A stretch of 64,000 nt of DNA from Mantamonas sphyraenae STR306. Lineage: Eukaryota > Protista > CRuMs. Within the stretch, counting starts at the first letter, position 1, and every line of letters begins with the position of its first letter. A program made the position numbers and the translations under genes. Location of the stretch: NCBI GenBank assembly GCA_026936335.1, contig JAPMXV010000071.1:1-64000 (forward strand). Reading direction: 5' to 3'. Of the stretch, positions 1 through 10,478 are shown piece after piece. The notes beneath the pieces were generated by a model. That model saw nothing but the letters and a program-made list of their open reading frames with translations, was not told the DNA's origin and searched no databases.

Positions 1-265
1 CCTAACCCTAACCCTAACCCTAACCCTAACCCTAACCCTAACCCTAACCCTAACCCTAACCCTAACCCTAACCCTAACCCTAACCCTAACCCTAACCCTA
101 ACCCTAACCCTAACCCTAACCCTAACCCTAACCCTAACCCTAACCCTAACCCTAACCCTAACCCTAACCCTAACCCTAACCCTAACCCTAACCCTAACCC
201 TAACCCTAACCCTCTAACTCTAATCCTAACTCTAGCCCTAACTCTAACCCTAACCGTAACCCTAA
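1..265 (+). repeat. Telomeric repeat (CCCTAA)n, left chromosome end; degenerate repeats at ~211-265
   Basis: Perfect CCCTAA array to ~210, then variants CTCTAA, TCCTAA, CTCTAG, CCGTAA. Confidence 0.99.
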
Positions 266-542
266 CTCTTACTTGGTGATTGATGAGGTCTGTGATGTGA
301 TGGTCTGGTCTGTGTCATGTGAGTTGTGCTTGTATCTGCTGGCGGGGTGGCTGAGTTGTGTGGTAACATGGGGCAATGGGCAATGGGTGGGAGTGGAAAT
401 GTCGCTGGTGAGTGGCCGTCGTCCCGCAACGCCGCGCAGTCAGCACTGCCCATCCGCCTTCAACCAAAATTTCACCAACACCCACAACACCTTCTACCAG
501 TCCAACACATCCCACATACACTCCAGTACCACCACCACCACC

Positions 543-3500
543 ATGGACAAAGACTACTCAAGCACTCCGAAGCAACAACACACACCCAACACCTACCCAG
601 CGTGCGTTCTGCCTTCCACTCCGTTTTTCTGACTGCCCGCTTCTCCTCTTCCTTGCCTCCTCCATGCCTCCGTCGCTTCCCTGCACTCCTCGCCTGCATC
701 TCCACCTCTACATCACCACCGCTGCTGCCTTCTCCGCTCTTCTCCGGTCCCCTCTCCCCTGTCACTGCCCTCCCCGCTGCCAGTTTCCCCGTCTGCCAAT
801 CTCCTCCGTTTTCCCTCTCTGCTCGTTCTAGCCTCCCTTCACCCCGCTTCTGCAATGACGGCGTCCATTCCGCCTTCCGCTCACCGTTTCCACCCCGCGT
901 TGCCCCTCCGCGTCTCCTCCACAGCTACGGTTACATGGTCCCTCCCATGGCTGCCCAGCCGTTTCCGAACATGCTGCCCGCCTCTGGCGTACAAAACCCG
1001 TACCAGCACCCACAACCACCCATCATCTGGGTCCCTGTCAACACCCACTCCCAGCAGCACCACGCATATGCTCATCAGGGCCACCCATACTACGCCTACC
1101 CTCCTCCGCCGCCTCCTCAACCGCGACAAACCGCCCAGCACTTCGCTCAGCCTCCGTTGCACCCTCCACCTGCTCAACCCACCACAAACCACAACCGCGT
1201 CCCCAATCGCATCAGCCCTGCCTTTGTCGGCATCACACACACCACATCCACCACCACATCGTCGTCCTCCTCCCACCAGGCCACACGGCAGACTGGAGAC
1301 AGCGACGACGACGACGCAGACCAGGACACACACACACATGACACCGGCGACGTGGAGGACCTGATGTTCCTGAACTTCGGCCACCAAGAACCACGGACAA
1401 CCTCCAGCAACTCAGATTGGATGACCAGCTCATGGATGGAGGCGTACGCAGAAGACGACGAGGCAAACGAGGCAAACCAGCAGCACGTGGACGACGATTT
1501 GGACACTCGGGGCACACTTAGCTTCGCAGACGCTGATGATGCCATGCATGAGGAGTACATGCCGCAAGACGAGAGCGACGACGACACAGACGACATGGAG
1601 CAGGAGGACAGGGACGAATGGCAGCCGAGACGCTCAAGTAGAGGCCGCACACAACGCCGCAAAGGCAGAGCCAGCCTTCCCACTGGTTCACACACGGTGA
1701 AAGGCAGCGGACAGGGCAGGCGCAGGGTCACGGCTGGCAGTGGCACCGAGACAGGAACGTCGAGCTCACGGGCAAGGAGGGCCAAGAACGGAGACACCAG
1801 CGCCCGGAAGAAAGCAGGCGTGGACAAGAGGAACAAATTGCCGGATGGTGTTGTGCGCAAGGGGTGGACAAAGGGACCCAGTGACGAGCGCAGCCACAGC
1901 AACAAGAAGGAGCACTCGACACTACTGAAACACATGCACACCCTGGCGAACGAGCATCCCCTCGACGACATCCCCGACCTCATGATCCTGCAGGCGCGTG
2001 TTGTGGTCTGCCATGGCACCCTGACCACGCTGGTCCGACAGATTCAGCTCGCTCTGGGCAACATTCCCCTCTCCCAGGGCGACATGGCCTCCTGCCTCTC
2101 CCTTCTCGGCCGTGAAATGGATCAACACGCGTGCGGACTTGCCATCCAGCACGCTGGTCTGGCCATGGGTGTGACAAAGGCTGGGTTGAAGGTGTGCTGG
2201 CTGGAGGAGCCACACGACCACGGCGACCCCAACTACGCCCTCCTCCACCTACTCATGACAGAGATGGACACTCTCGGCGACAGGCCCCATCCAACCACCT
2301 GGAAGAAGCACAAGCAGACCCAGCTGTGGCTGCAGAAAGCACGACGCCCTGCTGACAACGACAGCGACCCACATTGGACACAATGCGACTACGACCACCA
2401 CCTCACCACAACCAATGTGAGAAAATGGCATCCTGAGTCTGTGCGCAGTGGCTGGGCAAAGTACAGTCCCAGCGACGAGCGTGGCAGCTGCACGGCGCGG
2501 GAGTTCCAGACGCTGCTGGCACACATGAAGGCACGCGCAGCCAAGCACCCTCGCCATCAGCACTCGCACGAGCACCATGCACTGCGTGAGCTGATCAACA
2601 ACGGCAACCTGCACTCCCTGGTGCGACACATCATCCTGGCGCTGGGCAACGTTGGCGTGCCGCCTGTCGACCTGGCCTTCTTTGTTCGCCTCCTCAGACC
2701 GCACCTCACATACCAGCAGGTTCAAGGTTCCATCTGCCACACCCTCACCCGCGGTGTCAACTCCCTCTCACTCAAGATCGCCTGGCTCGACAAACCCCAA
2801 CCCAGCGACGCCACACTGCACACCCTCCTCCACACCCTCATCGACCGCATCACACCCCACATCACCACCCGTCCCATCACCGTCGACGCCGTCAACGCAC
2901 TCGACATCCCCAGGCTTGTTCTGCCCGAGCCAACAAAGGAGGAGAAGATGGCCGTGGAGGAGGGACTGCCAGATGGCGTTGTGCGCAGTGGGTGGACGTA
3001 TTGGCGCAAGAGCGAGCGCAGCCACAGCAACAAGAAGGAGCACTCGACACTACTGAAACACATGCACACCCTGGCCAACGAGCATCCCATCGACGACATC
3101 CCCGACCTCATGACCCTGCAGGCGCGTGTTGTGGTCTGCCATGGCACTCTGTTGACGCTGGTCCGACAGATTCAGCTCGCTCTGGGCAACATTCCCCTTT
3201 CCCAGGGCGACGTGGCCTTCTGCCTCACTCTTCTCGGCCGAGACATGGATCAACATGCGTGCAGATTTGCCATCCGCGACGCTGGTCTGGCCATGGGTGT
3301 GACAAAGGCTGGGTTGAAGGTGTGCTGGCTGGAGGAGCCACACGACCACGGCGACCCCAACTACGCCCTCCTCCACCTGCTCATGACAGAGATGGACACC
3401 CTTGGCGACAGGCCCCAACCCAACCCCAGGAAGGAGCACAAGCAGACCCAGCTGTGGCTGCAGAAAGCACGACGCCCTGCTGACAACGACAGCGACCCAC

Positions 3501-4108
3501 ACTGGACACAATGCGACTACGACCACCACATCCGCACCACCGAGGTGGACAAGTGGTATCCTGGTTCAGTGCGCAGTGGCTGGGATGGGTCCAACCACGA
3601 CGAGCGTGGAAGCTGCACGGCGCGGGAGTTCCAGACGCTGCTGGCACACATGAAGGCACGCGCAGCCAAGCACCCTCGCCATCAGCACGCACACGAGCAC
3701 CATGCACTGCGCGAGCTTATCAACAACGGCAACCTGAATTCCCTTGTGCGACACATCATGCTGGCGCTGGGCAACGTTGGCGTGCCGCCTGTCGACCTGG
3801 CCTTCTTTGTCCGCCTTCTTAGGCCACACCTCACCTACAAGCAGGTTCAACCTGCCATCAGCAAATCCCTCACCCGCGGCGTCACCTCCCTCTCCCTCAA
3901 GATCGCCTGGCTCGACAACCCCAAACCCAGCGACGCCACACTGCATACCCTCCTCCACACCCTCATCGACCGCATCACACCCCACATCACCACCCGACCG
4001 ACCACCACCGCACTCGTCAACGCCTACCCCATCCCCTCCTTCATCCTGCCCAAGCGCAAAGACCCTTCCTCCTCCTCCTCCTCCGCCAAACGCCAGCGCC
4101 TCGAATGA
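543..4108 (+). CDS. Subtelomeric orphan protein (~1080 aa): P/Q/H-rich and acidic N-terminus, basic region, four tandem modules (A-B-A-B), C-terminal bipartite NLS-like; model join(543..601,925..4108)
   Basis: Kozak-like ACCACCATGG at 543; GTGCGT donor at 602 and pyrimidine-rich CACAG acceptor at 924 join in frame to ORF 326..4108; ends KRKDPSSSSSSAKRQRLE. Confidence 0.75.
1838..4050 (+). repeat. Intragenic tandem duplication, unit 1128 nt (376 aa), each unit made of two diverged homologous halves
   Basis: LPDGVVRxGW at 1838 and 2966; long identical nucleotide runs between units; A and B halves share VRxGW..ER..E..TLL.HM..A..HP..G.L..LVR.I.LALGN..LK..WL..P. Confidence 0.95.
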
Positions 4109-4594
4109 ACCCCCTTCTTCCTTCCCATCGACTCCATGTTTTCCGGACCCTTCACACCGCCCTCGCACAGGGCCTCGCGACGCCGCTCCGAAGCCCTTTT
4201 GCCGACCCCACAGACACCGAGGTGTTCATCTTGGATTGTGCCCTGCTCGGAATCGACATCATCGTCACATTGGTGGTGATGTTGCTGTTGCTGTCGCCAC
4301 GTAGATGTTGGTGTGGGTGCACATTCTGCACTCCTCGTGCTCGTCCTGGCCATCCGACGCATTTGACCATGCACTGCCACCTTGCAAATGACACCATGAC
4401 GTCCCTATCACGCTCATCACCTGACGAATGCCCCCATTCTGGACTGTGTGTGCCTTGTTGTGCCACAGGGCGCACAGAAAGTCGTCCCTGGTGCATGGGA
4501 CAAGCAATGCATTACGCAGAAGCCATGGTCTCCCACCCGGCACACACGGGTGAATTATGCTAATTTGCGATGCATGCTGCCCAATCGCAGCCAA

Positions 4595-7593
4595 ATGTTC
4601 GCACGCAGGGTGTCCAAACGAGGAGGCTCCTTGCTAGGACGAACCCTTCGTACAGGCACTCCACGAGTGCGAACCACGTTGATGCACGTCACTGCCCATC
4701 ATAACACGATACATCCTCGACACGACGTGGCTGTGGGTGCCAGTTTGCATGCGACCCGGTCGTGGCAGGGCAGGAACACGTCGTCCTCGTCATCACCATG
4801 GCTCAACGGCACAGCCGCTGTCGTGCAGCGCTGCAGCATGTCCACCGTCACCATCAGTGCTGAGCAGTTGTTTTTGGAGGCCAGAAGCAAGCTGAACAAG
4901 CGTGAGGAGCGCCTGGAGAGGTTGCGGGACCGTGTAGAGTCGTTGTCCGCGGAACTTGGCCAAGCTCGCGAACAGTTGCGACAGAGCCCACAAGGAGAGA
5001 AGGAGGCCTTGCAGAGTTTCGTGGATGAGAAGGAGAAAGTTGTGGCAAAGGCAGAGACGGAAGTGGTGGAGGCAAAGGCCGAAGTGGCAAAGGCAGAGGC
5101 GGAAATGGCGAAGGCATTGGCAAAGGCGGAAATCGAAGCGAAAGTGAAAGAAGCCGAAGCAAAAGTGAAAGAAGCCCAAGCGTTGCTGCTGGATGCAAAG
5201 AGAAAGGGGGATGAGGATGCTGTTGCGGTGTACCAACTTTGGGTGGATGACGCGAGAACGGGACAGCAGAAGGCCCAGGCGCACCATGAGCGTGAGTTCC
5301 TGACACCCACACTTTTCCGAAGCCATTTTTCGCTGACACACGCCCACTCCCCACAGGCTTGTGGGAAGCAGCTGCACACATTTCACCCCTTGGTAGGTTC
5401 CAACGCAGAAGCCGTCCATGACGTCGCTGACACTCTGTGCATTGACAAACACGCAGTGGAGCGTGTGGAGCTGACGTCCGTGGAGCAATTTGCCGAATTG
5501 TTAGAGATGGAGCCCTGCTTCGATCTCAGCAAGAAGAACACGCCTTTGGGAGACGTCATCGACACGGAATTGGCCATGCAAATCCCACTTCAGAATCGGC
5601 AGGATGCACTGAAACGCTTTCGTTTGCGCGCTGACTCCCAACTTCGCAAAAAAATGACTCAACACCGGGGTGACACGGTTCTGTACTCAGTAACTGGCAT
5701 GTCTGGTACTGGCAAGTCGCGCATGCTGATGGAGCTGACGGAGGCTCTGCGACAAGTCACACAGGAAAAGGTACCGCATCTGCAGGTGCTGCCACTGCTT
5801 TTGACGCTGAACAATCAGAACGAGCCAGTTATTGAGAGGAGATGGGGTCCAAAAGGTCTGGGTGTGCGCATGCTGTACGACTACGCCGTTGACCGGGGTG
5901 ACAAGGCTCGTCTCCGTGAGAAACACGTGGTGCAACTTGAGCAGTCGCTGAAATCGCTGCCAACACCCGCTGACGCAGCCGAGTTGATCGTTAAGCACGC
6001 ACAGAGTCAGAACGGAGGTGCCCCTGTACTTCTGTATCTTGGGTACGACGAAGTGCAGAAGCTGGCTGATCCATACAAGCCGAATGGCAGGGTCAGGATG
6101 CAAGAGGTGATCAACTCGGCCACTGGCATTATCAACAGCGTCAGCAGGATCAGTGGTGTGTATAACGACCAAGAACATCCGTGTCGTGCCGTGGTTGCCG
6201 TTGCGGGCACACGGGACCTGCACCTGATGGGTGCCCTTGATCGCGAGTCGACATACCGCAACTTTCCGCTGGCTGTGCCCACACTCAGTCTCAAGGAATC
6301 CCTGGATGCTGTGCTCGGGTTTGCAAACTTGAAGCACGATGAAGACCATCGACATGAAGAACATCGGGAAAAAGACCATCCAGATGAAGTCTGTCGACGT
6401 AAAGTCCTTCGCACTCTGCTGTTGCAAACTTTGCGGCAGCTGTACGGTGTGCCGAGAGCGGTTGAGGGGATTGCAAAGCTGTTTAAGCTGGTTCATTCCC
6501 TATCGCTGGATACCATTCAATCTGATCTTCAACGCGCTGTTCAAGAAATCAGGCATGACACGTACACAGCAACTTCCCGGCAGATCTGGCCAAAACGCTC
6601 ACGCGGATGCACCTGTTCAAGGAGACAATTCAAATTGGTGACAAGGTTGGTGGAAACACTGTGCAAGAACACATGAGTTGTGGTTTGCTGGTCCACCACG
6701 CAGGCCAGGTGATGCCGATTCCCCTCGGTCTGCAAGGGAGTAAAGCGGCTCGCAAGAGTGAACTGCTCCGGCGCATCACCGACTTCAACGAGGTTGCATT
6801 GTGGCAACACTACGAGAAGCAATCACAATACTTTCACGTGTTGCGATCTCTCGCACTGATCGAGAGCCCACCGGACCACGCATTGCTGGACGGCGACGAG
6901 TGGCACAACGGCGCCTTGAGCTTCAACCTGGACCACATCCAGTACTCCACAAACCTGAAAGCCAGGGTGACGATGGACCTGCAGGATTATAGGGAACGCT
7001 TCCCCGCACAAACAAAGACTGTGAAGGAGGAGGTGGCCAAGTTGGTCCAGGCGAATCCGGATGGCCTGCAGACAAGCATGCAGATGATGAATGGGACCAA
7101 CGCACCGTTTGCAGATGTCATAGTTGTCCATCCCGCAGTCGACGGGGTGGTGGTTGAGTGCATCCAGTGCAAGTTCAGCGAGCATGGGATTCACGCAAGC
7201 GACAAGGTGAGCCTTACACTGATCAAAGACGAGTACGAGAAAGTGATGCAGCACCAGGAGGTTGTCCGTGAGACGTTTCAGCCGCTGGCAGGCGAGAATG
7301 GCAAGGTACACATTGTGTTTGGCTTCACGAGCGTCAAGGGCCCGAAACCCGAACTGGAAGAGCAGCTGGAGGAGTGGACGAAGGAAGGAGAGAAACAGGT
7401 GTATGTGGTGCATGGTCAGAACCACACTGAGTACTACGGTGGTCTCTTGGAATCGATGATGATGATCACCGATGACATCGAGTCCAAAGTGCAGGAAGGC
7501 CAAGAAACCTCGGATTCACAGAGTGCAGTGCAGGCATCAATGCAACACACGCATCACACATCATGGTTGCATTCCTTCCCAATTGCACATTGA
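4595..7593 (+). CDS. Crinkler/RHS (CR)-type effector-like: presequence, coiled coil, P-loop NTPase, C-terminal restriction-endonuclease-like domain; one frameshift near 6560-6575
   Basis: Walker A GMSGTGKS, Walker B LYLGYDEVQ, GVPR motif; FADVIVV...VECIQCK nuclease motif in ORF 6607..7593; possible in-frame intron 5292..5396. Confidence 0.7.
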
Positions 7594-7601
7594 TCCGACG
7601 G

Positions 7602-7666
7602 CAGCGACGCCTTCCTCCACACCCTCCTCCACACCCTCCTCCACACCCGCATCACACCCCACATCA
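7602..7666 (+). pseudogene. Relic of the 3' end of module B of the subtelomeric repeat gene
   Basis: Translates SDAFLHTLLHTLLHTRITPHI versus SDATLHTLLHTLIDRITPHI at ~2804-2863 and ~3929-3988. Confidence 0.75.
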
Positions 7667-7973
7667 ACTCTCGATAGCACACGCCTTGAACTGCTCCTCC
7701 CGCGTGTCCACCTCCCCGTCCTCCAGCTGGTACACCTCGTACACCTGTACAAAACACCCGGCGTCCACACATTTCGCCAGACACTCATTCCGCGCCTGCC
7801 CAAACCCCATCTCAATACACTTTGCCTTGTGCAGGCAGCTCACGCGCGCCTTTTTGTACCAATTCACTTCCGTCTTCCGGAACCGCGTCCCCTCCACACC
7901 CGTCCCCAGGCCCACCACCACCACCACACACATCACACACACCCACACCCACTTCCGCGCGCCCCTATTCACC

Positions 7974-10478
7974 ATGCCTGTGTCCTTCCTTGCCTCCACT
8001 CGCGCATCTCCCCTCAACCAAACCATGCTCTCCCTCGACTCCCTCTTCACCTCCCTCGCCGACCTTCACTCCTCCTCCTCCTCCTCCACCACCACCTCCT
8101 CCTCCTCCGTCAAGCGACCACGTGCCTCTGACCCACTCCCCCTCCACACACACTCCTCCATCCTCACCTCCATCCGAATTGCCCTCCTTGCCCACACCTC
8201 CCCGGATTCCCTCCTCCCCGACGCCCTCCAACGCCTCCTACCCCTCATCTCCCACGACCTCGACCCCTACCTCTCGTCCACCCCCACCACCCATGCTGCA
8301 CAGTGTGCTCTCGGCCACCAAACCCTCCCAGACCTACTCCCGCCCCTCCTCGACCTCCTTGTCGATCTCCTCCACCTCCTCCACCCGGACAAACCCCTCC
8401 ACGACTCTCTCGCTTCCCTCCATCTCTTTGAACACGCCGACGAAACCCCTGTCGGCGCATGGCTCTGCGTCTTCCTCGCCTTTCGCCTCGACGCCGTCGC
8501 CGTCCTTCACATGCTTGCAAAGACCCGCCAGCCAGACACCTTTGTTGCCCTCGTCGCCTTAGCCCCGAGCCACGCATCCTCCTTTATCAACCACGTCATG
8601 CGCAACCTCCAACACAACGCCTATTGGGACATCCTTCTCTTTGCAGCCCTCAACTCCGCCACCTGCTGCGCCCACGCCCTTTCCCAGGCCTCTCTCGCCG
8701 GCCTCCAGCCCACAGACATCCCCTCCACCTTTCATCCGCTTATCGCCTCCCACTTTGGCCACCAGGATCTCGCCCACTGTGCCCGCGCCTTCCTCGCCCA
8801 GCGCTTTGGTGCCCTCGCTCTCCATTCGCCCCATCTCCCGCACGCCCTTCTCGAGTGGGCCGCCCGCTACGACCTTCTCGACCACCTCATCGACACCGTC
8901 GCAGACGCCATCTCTCAAGATTCTCCCGACGGCCCTGCCTTTATCGCCGCCGTCGACGTCGCAAACCTCCCGCCTGCCATCGCCGCAGACCCACGTGCAC
9001 GCATACGCCTCATGCAGCTTGTGCTCGCCACCAGCGCCTCTCGCCTCTCCCACTGCGTCTCTGTCCTCGCTGCCGCCCTCTCCATGGACCTCCCCGCCTC
9101 CCGTCAGCGCCAACTCGCTTCCCTCCTCTGCAGCACCGCCACCGATTTTCACGACCCAGACCAGCTTGCTGTACACACCTCCCGCGTCCTCCTACACACT
9201 CTCCATCGCACCACTGCCGCTGCCGCCACACGCATCATGGCAAACCTCCTTGCCTGGCTCCAATCCGACGACGCCGGCCCCCTCTTCCGCGCCGCCCTCC
9301 TCTCCAGACCCCTCTGGGCCTCCTACATGGACCTCCTCCATCACTTCCGCTCCCGCCACCACGTCGCCACAAACCTCCTCCGCATCTTTGCCCACCTCTT
9401 TGCCAGCCCCGAGCGCCTCCACATCCAAGACCGCCGCCGCACCGCCATCGCCCTCGTACGCGCCTGGTTCCACGCTCTCCGCCTCCACTCCCCTCCGGCT
9501 ACCCTTCTCGCCCTCTCCCACGCCATCCACACCTTTTGCGCTTCTCACGGCCCCTACGCCGCCGACTTTGCCTCCCACCTCCTCGAATCCTGCTTCGACG
9601 ACTCCCTCGCTCACGGCATCCTACGCCCAACCACCACCACCCGCATACCCTTCCACCGCCTCCACGACGACATCGACCGCTTCTCTTTCCAACGCATTTC
9701 CTCCTCCTCCTCTTCCTCCTCCTCCTCCTCTTCCTCTTCCGACCTGTACATCGAAAACACCCGCCGCACATTCCTCTCTGACGCCGACCGCCGCCAGTAC
9801 GCCTACGGCAAACAGCGTCTAACCTCACCCGCGTCCAAACCCATCCCCAACCCCTCCCATTCCCCATCAGCCATCCTCTCCCGCAACTCCTCCCTAACCC
9901 TCGACCTCCTCCATCACATCACCCTCTCCAACCCTTCCCTCGACCTCCCAAACATCCTCCTGCCCATGATTTCGCCTCTGCCCTTCTACCCAGCCCCCAG
10001 CATCGACCAGTACGCAAAGAAGCTTCCACGCAAGACCACCTTTGAGTACGACATGGCCCTGGAGAAGCTCTTTCGCGAAAACACAATCCTCTGGCCCATC
10101 CTCCAACTCGTTAGCACCCACTACACCCCGCTCCCAACTGCCTACCTCCCCCTCCTCCGCTCCCTCCTCTCAACCTGCACGGGCCTCTGGCACCGCAACC
10201 CAACCCTCTCCGACCGCCCTCTCCTCCTCCAACACACCCAGTGTCTCCTCACAACCCTTCACAACCTCTCCCTCATCCCAGACTCTCTCGCTCGCCTCGA
10301 CTGTCTCCTCCACACCCTCTCTCCCTCCCACATTGCAGATCTCCTTCACCAGGCCGTCTGGCCTGCCTTTCACGACGACCCTCCCTCCTCCTCGTCCACA
10401 CACGCCCTCCTCACAAAGCTCCTCCACGCCTCTACACACCCTGACCATGCCGCCCTCTTCTCCCTCGTCCTCCAATGA
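7974..10478 (+). CDS. INTS5: Integrator complex subunit 5-like helical protein (start 7974 or 8025)
   Basis: C-terminus TFEYDMALEKLFREN.ILWPILQLVS..LLRSLLS..GLW..LIPDSL..LSPSHIADLL..VW resembles the recalled INTS5 C-terminal domain. Confidence 0.6.
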   Translation: MPVSFLASTRASPLNQTMLSLDSLFTSLADLHSSSSSSTTTSSSSVKRPRASDPLPLHTHSSILTSIRIALLAHTSPDSLLPDALQRLLPLISHDLDPYLSSTPTTHAAQCALGHQTLPDLLPPLLDLLVDLLHLLHPDKPLHDSLASLHLFEHADETPVGAWLCVFLAFRLDAVAVLHMLAKTRQPDTFVALVALAPSHASSFINHVMRNLQHNAYWDILLFAALNSATCCAHALSQASLAGLQPTDIPSTFHPLIASHFGHQDLAHCARAFLAQRFGALALHSPHLPHALLEWAARYDLLDHLIDTVADAISQDSPDGPAFIAAVDVANLPPAIAADPRARIRLMQLVLATSASRLSHCVSVLAAALSMDLPASRQRQLASLLCSTATDFHDPDQLAVHTSRVLLHTLHRTTAAAATRIMANLLAWLQSDDAGPLFRAALLSRPLWASYMDLLHHFRSRHHVATNLLRIFAHLFASPERLHIQDRRRTAIALVRAWFHALRLHSPPATLLALSHAIHTFCASHGPYAADFASHLLESCFDDSLAHGILRPTTTTRIPFHRLHDDIDRFSFQRISSSSSSSSSSSSSSDLYIENTRRTFLSDADRRQYAYGKQRLTSPASKPIPNPSHSPSAILSRNSSLTLDLLHHITLSNPSLDLPNILLPMISPLPFYPAPSIDQYAKKLPRKTTFEYDMALEKLFRENTILWPILQLVSTHYTPLPTAYLPLLRSLLSTCTGLWHRNPTLSDRPLLLQHTQCLLTTLHNLSLIPDSLARLDCLLHTLSPSHIADLLHQAVWPAFHDDPPSSSSTHALLTKLLHASTHPDHAALFSLVLQ

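Noticed and set aside
280-355. TGATGA...CTGA near the telomere
   Set aside because: Expected by chance in GT-rich DNA; no terminal stem
326-934. N-terminal 200 aa of the 1260-aa ORF call
   Set aside because: Non-ATG start and read-through of a pyrimidine-rich intron (602..924)
1-4108. Telomere-specific retroelement or CRISPR-like array
   Set aside because: No reverse transcriptase, APE or RNase H motifs; no repeat-spacer periodicity anywhere in the window
6562-6569. 8-nt GTACACAG micro-intron that would restore the effector frame
   Set aside because: Far below known spliceosomal intron sizes; other introns here are ~80 nt or longer with branch sites
9892-9900. Isolated internal CCCTAACC matches (also ~16492)
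   Set aside because: Single units expected on a C-rich strand
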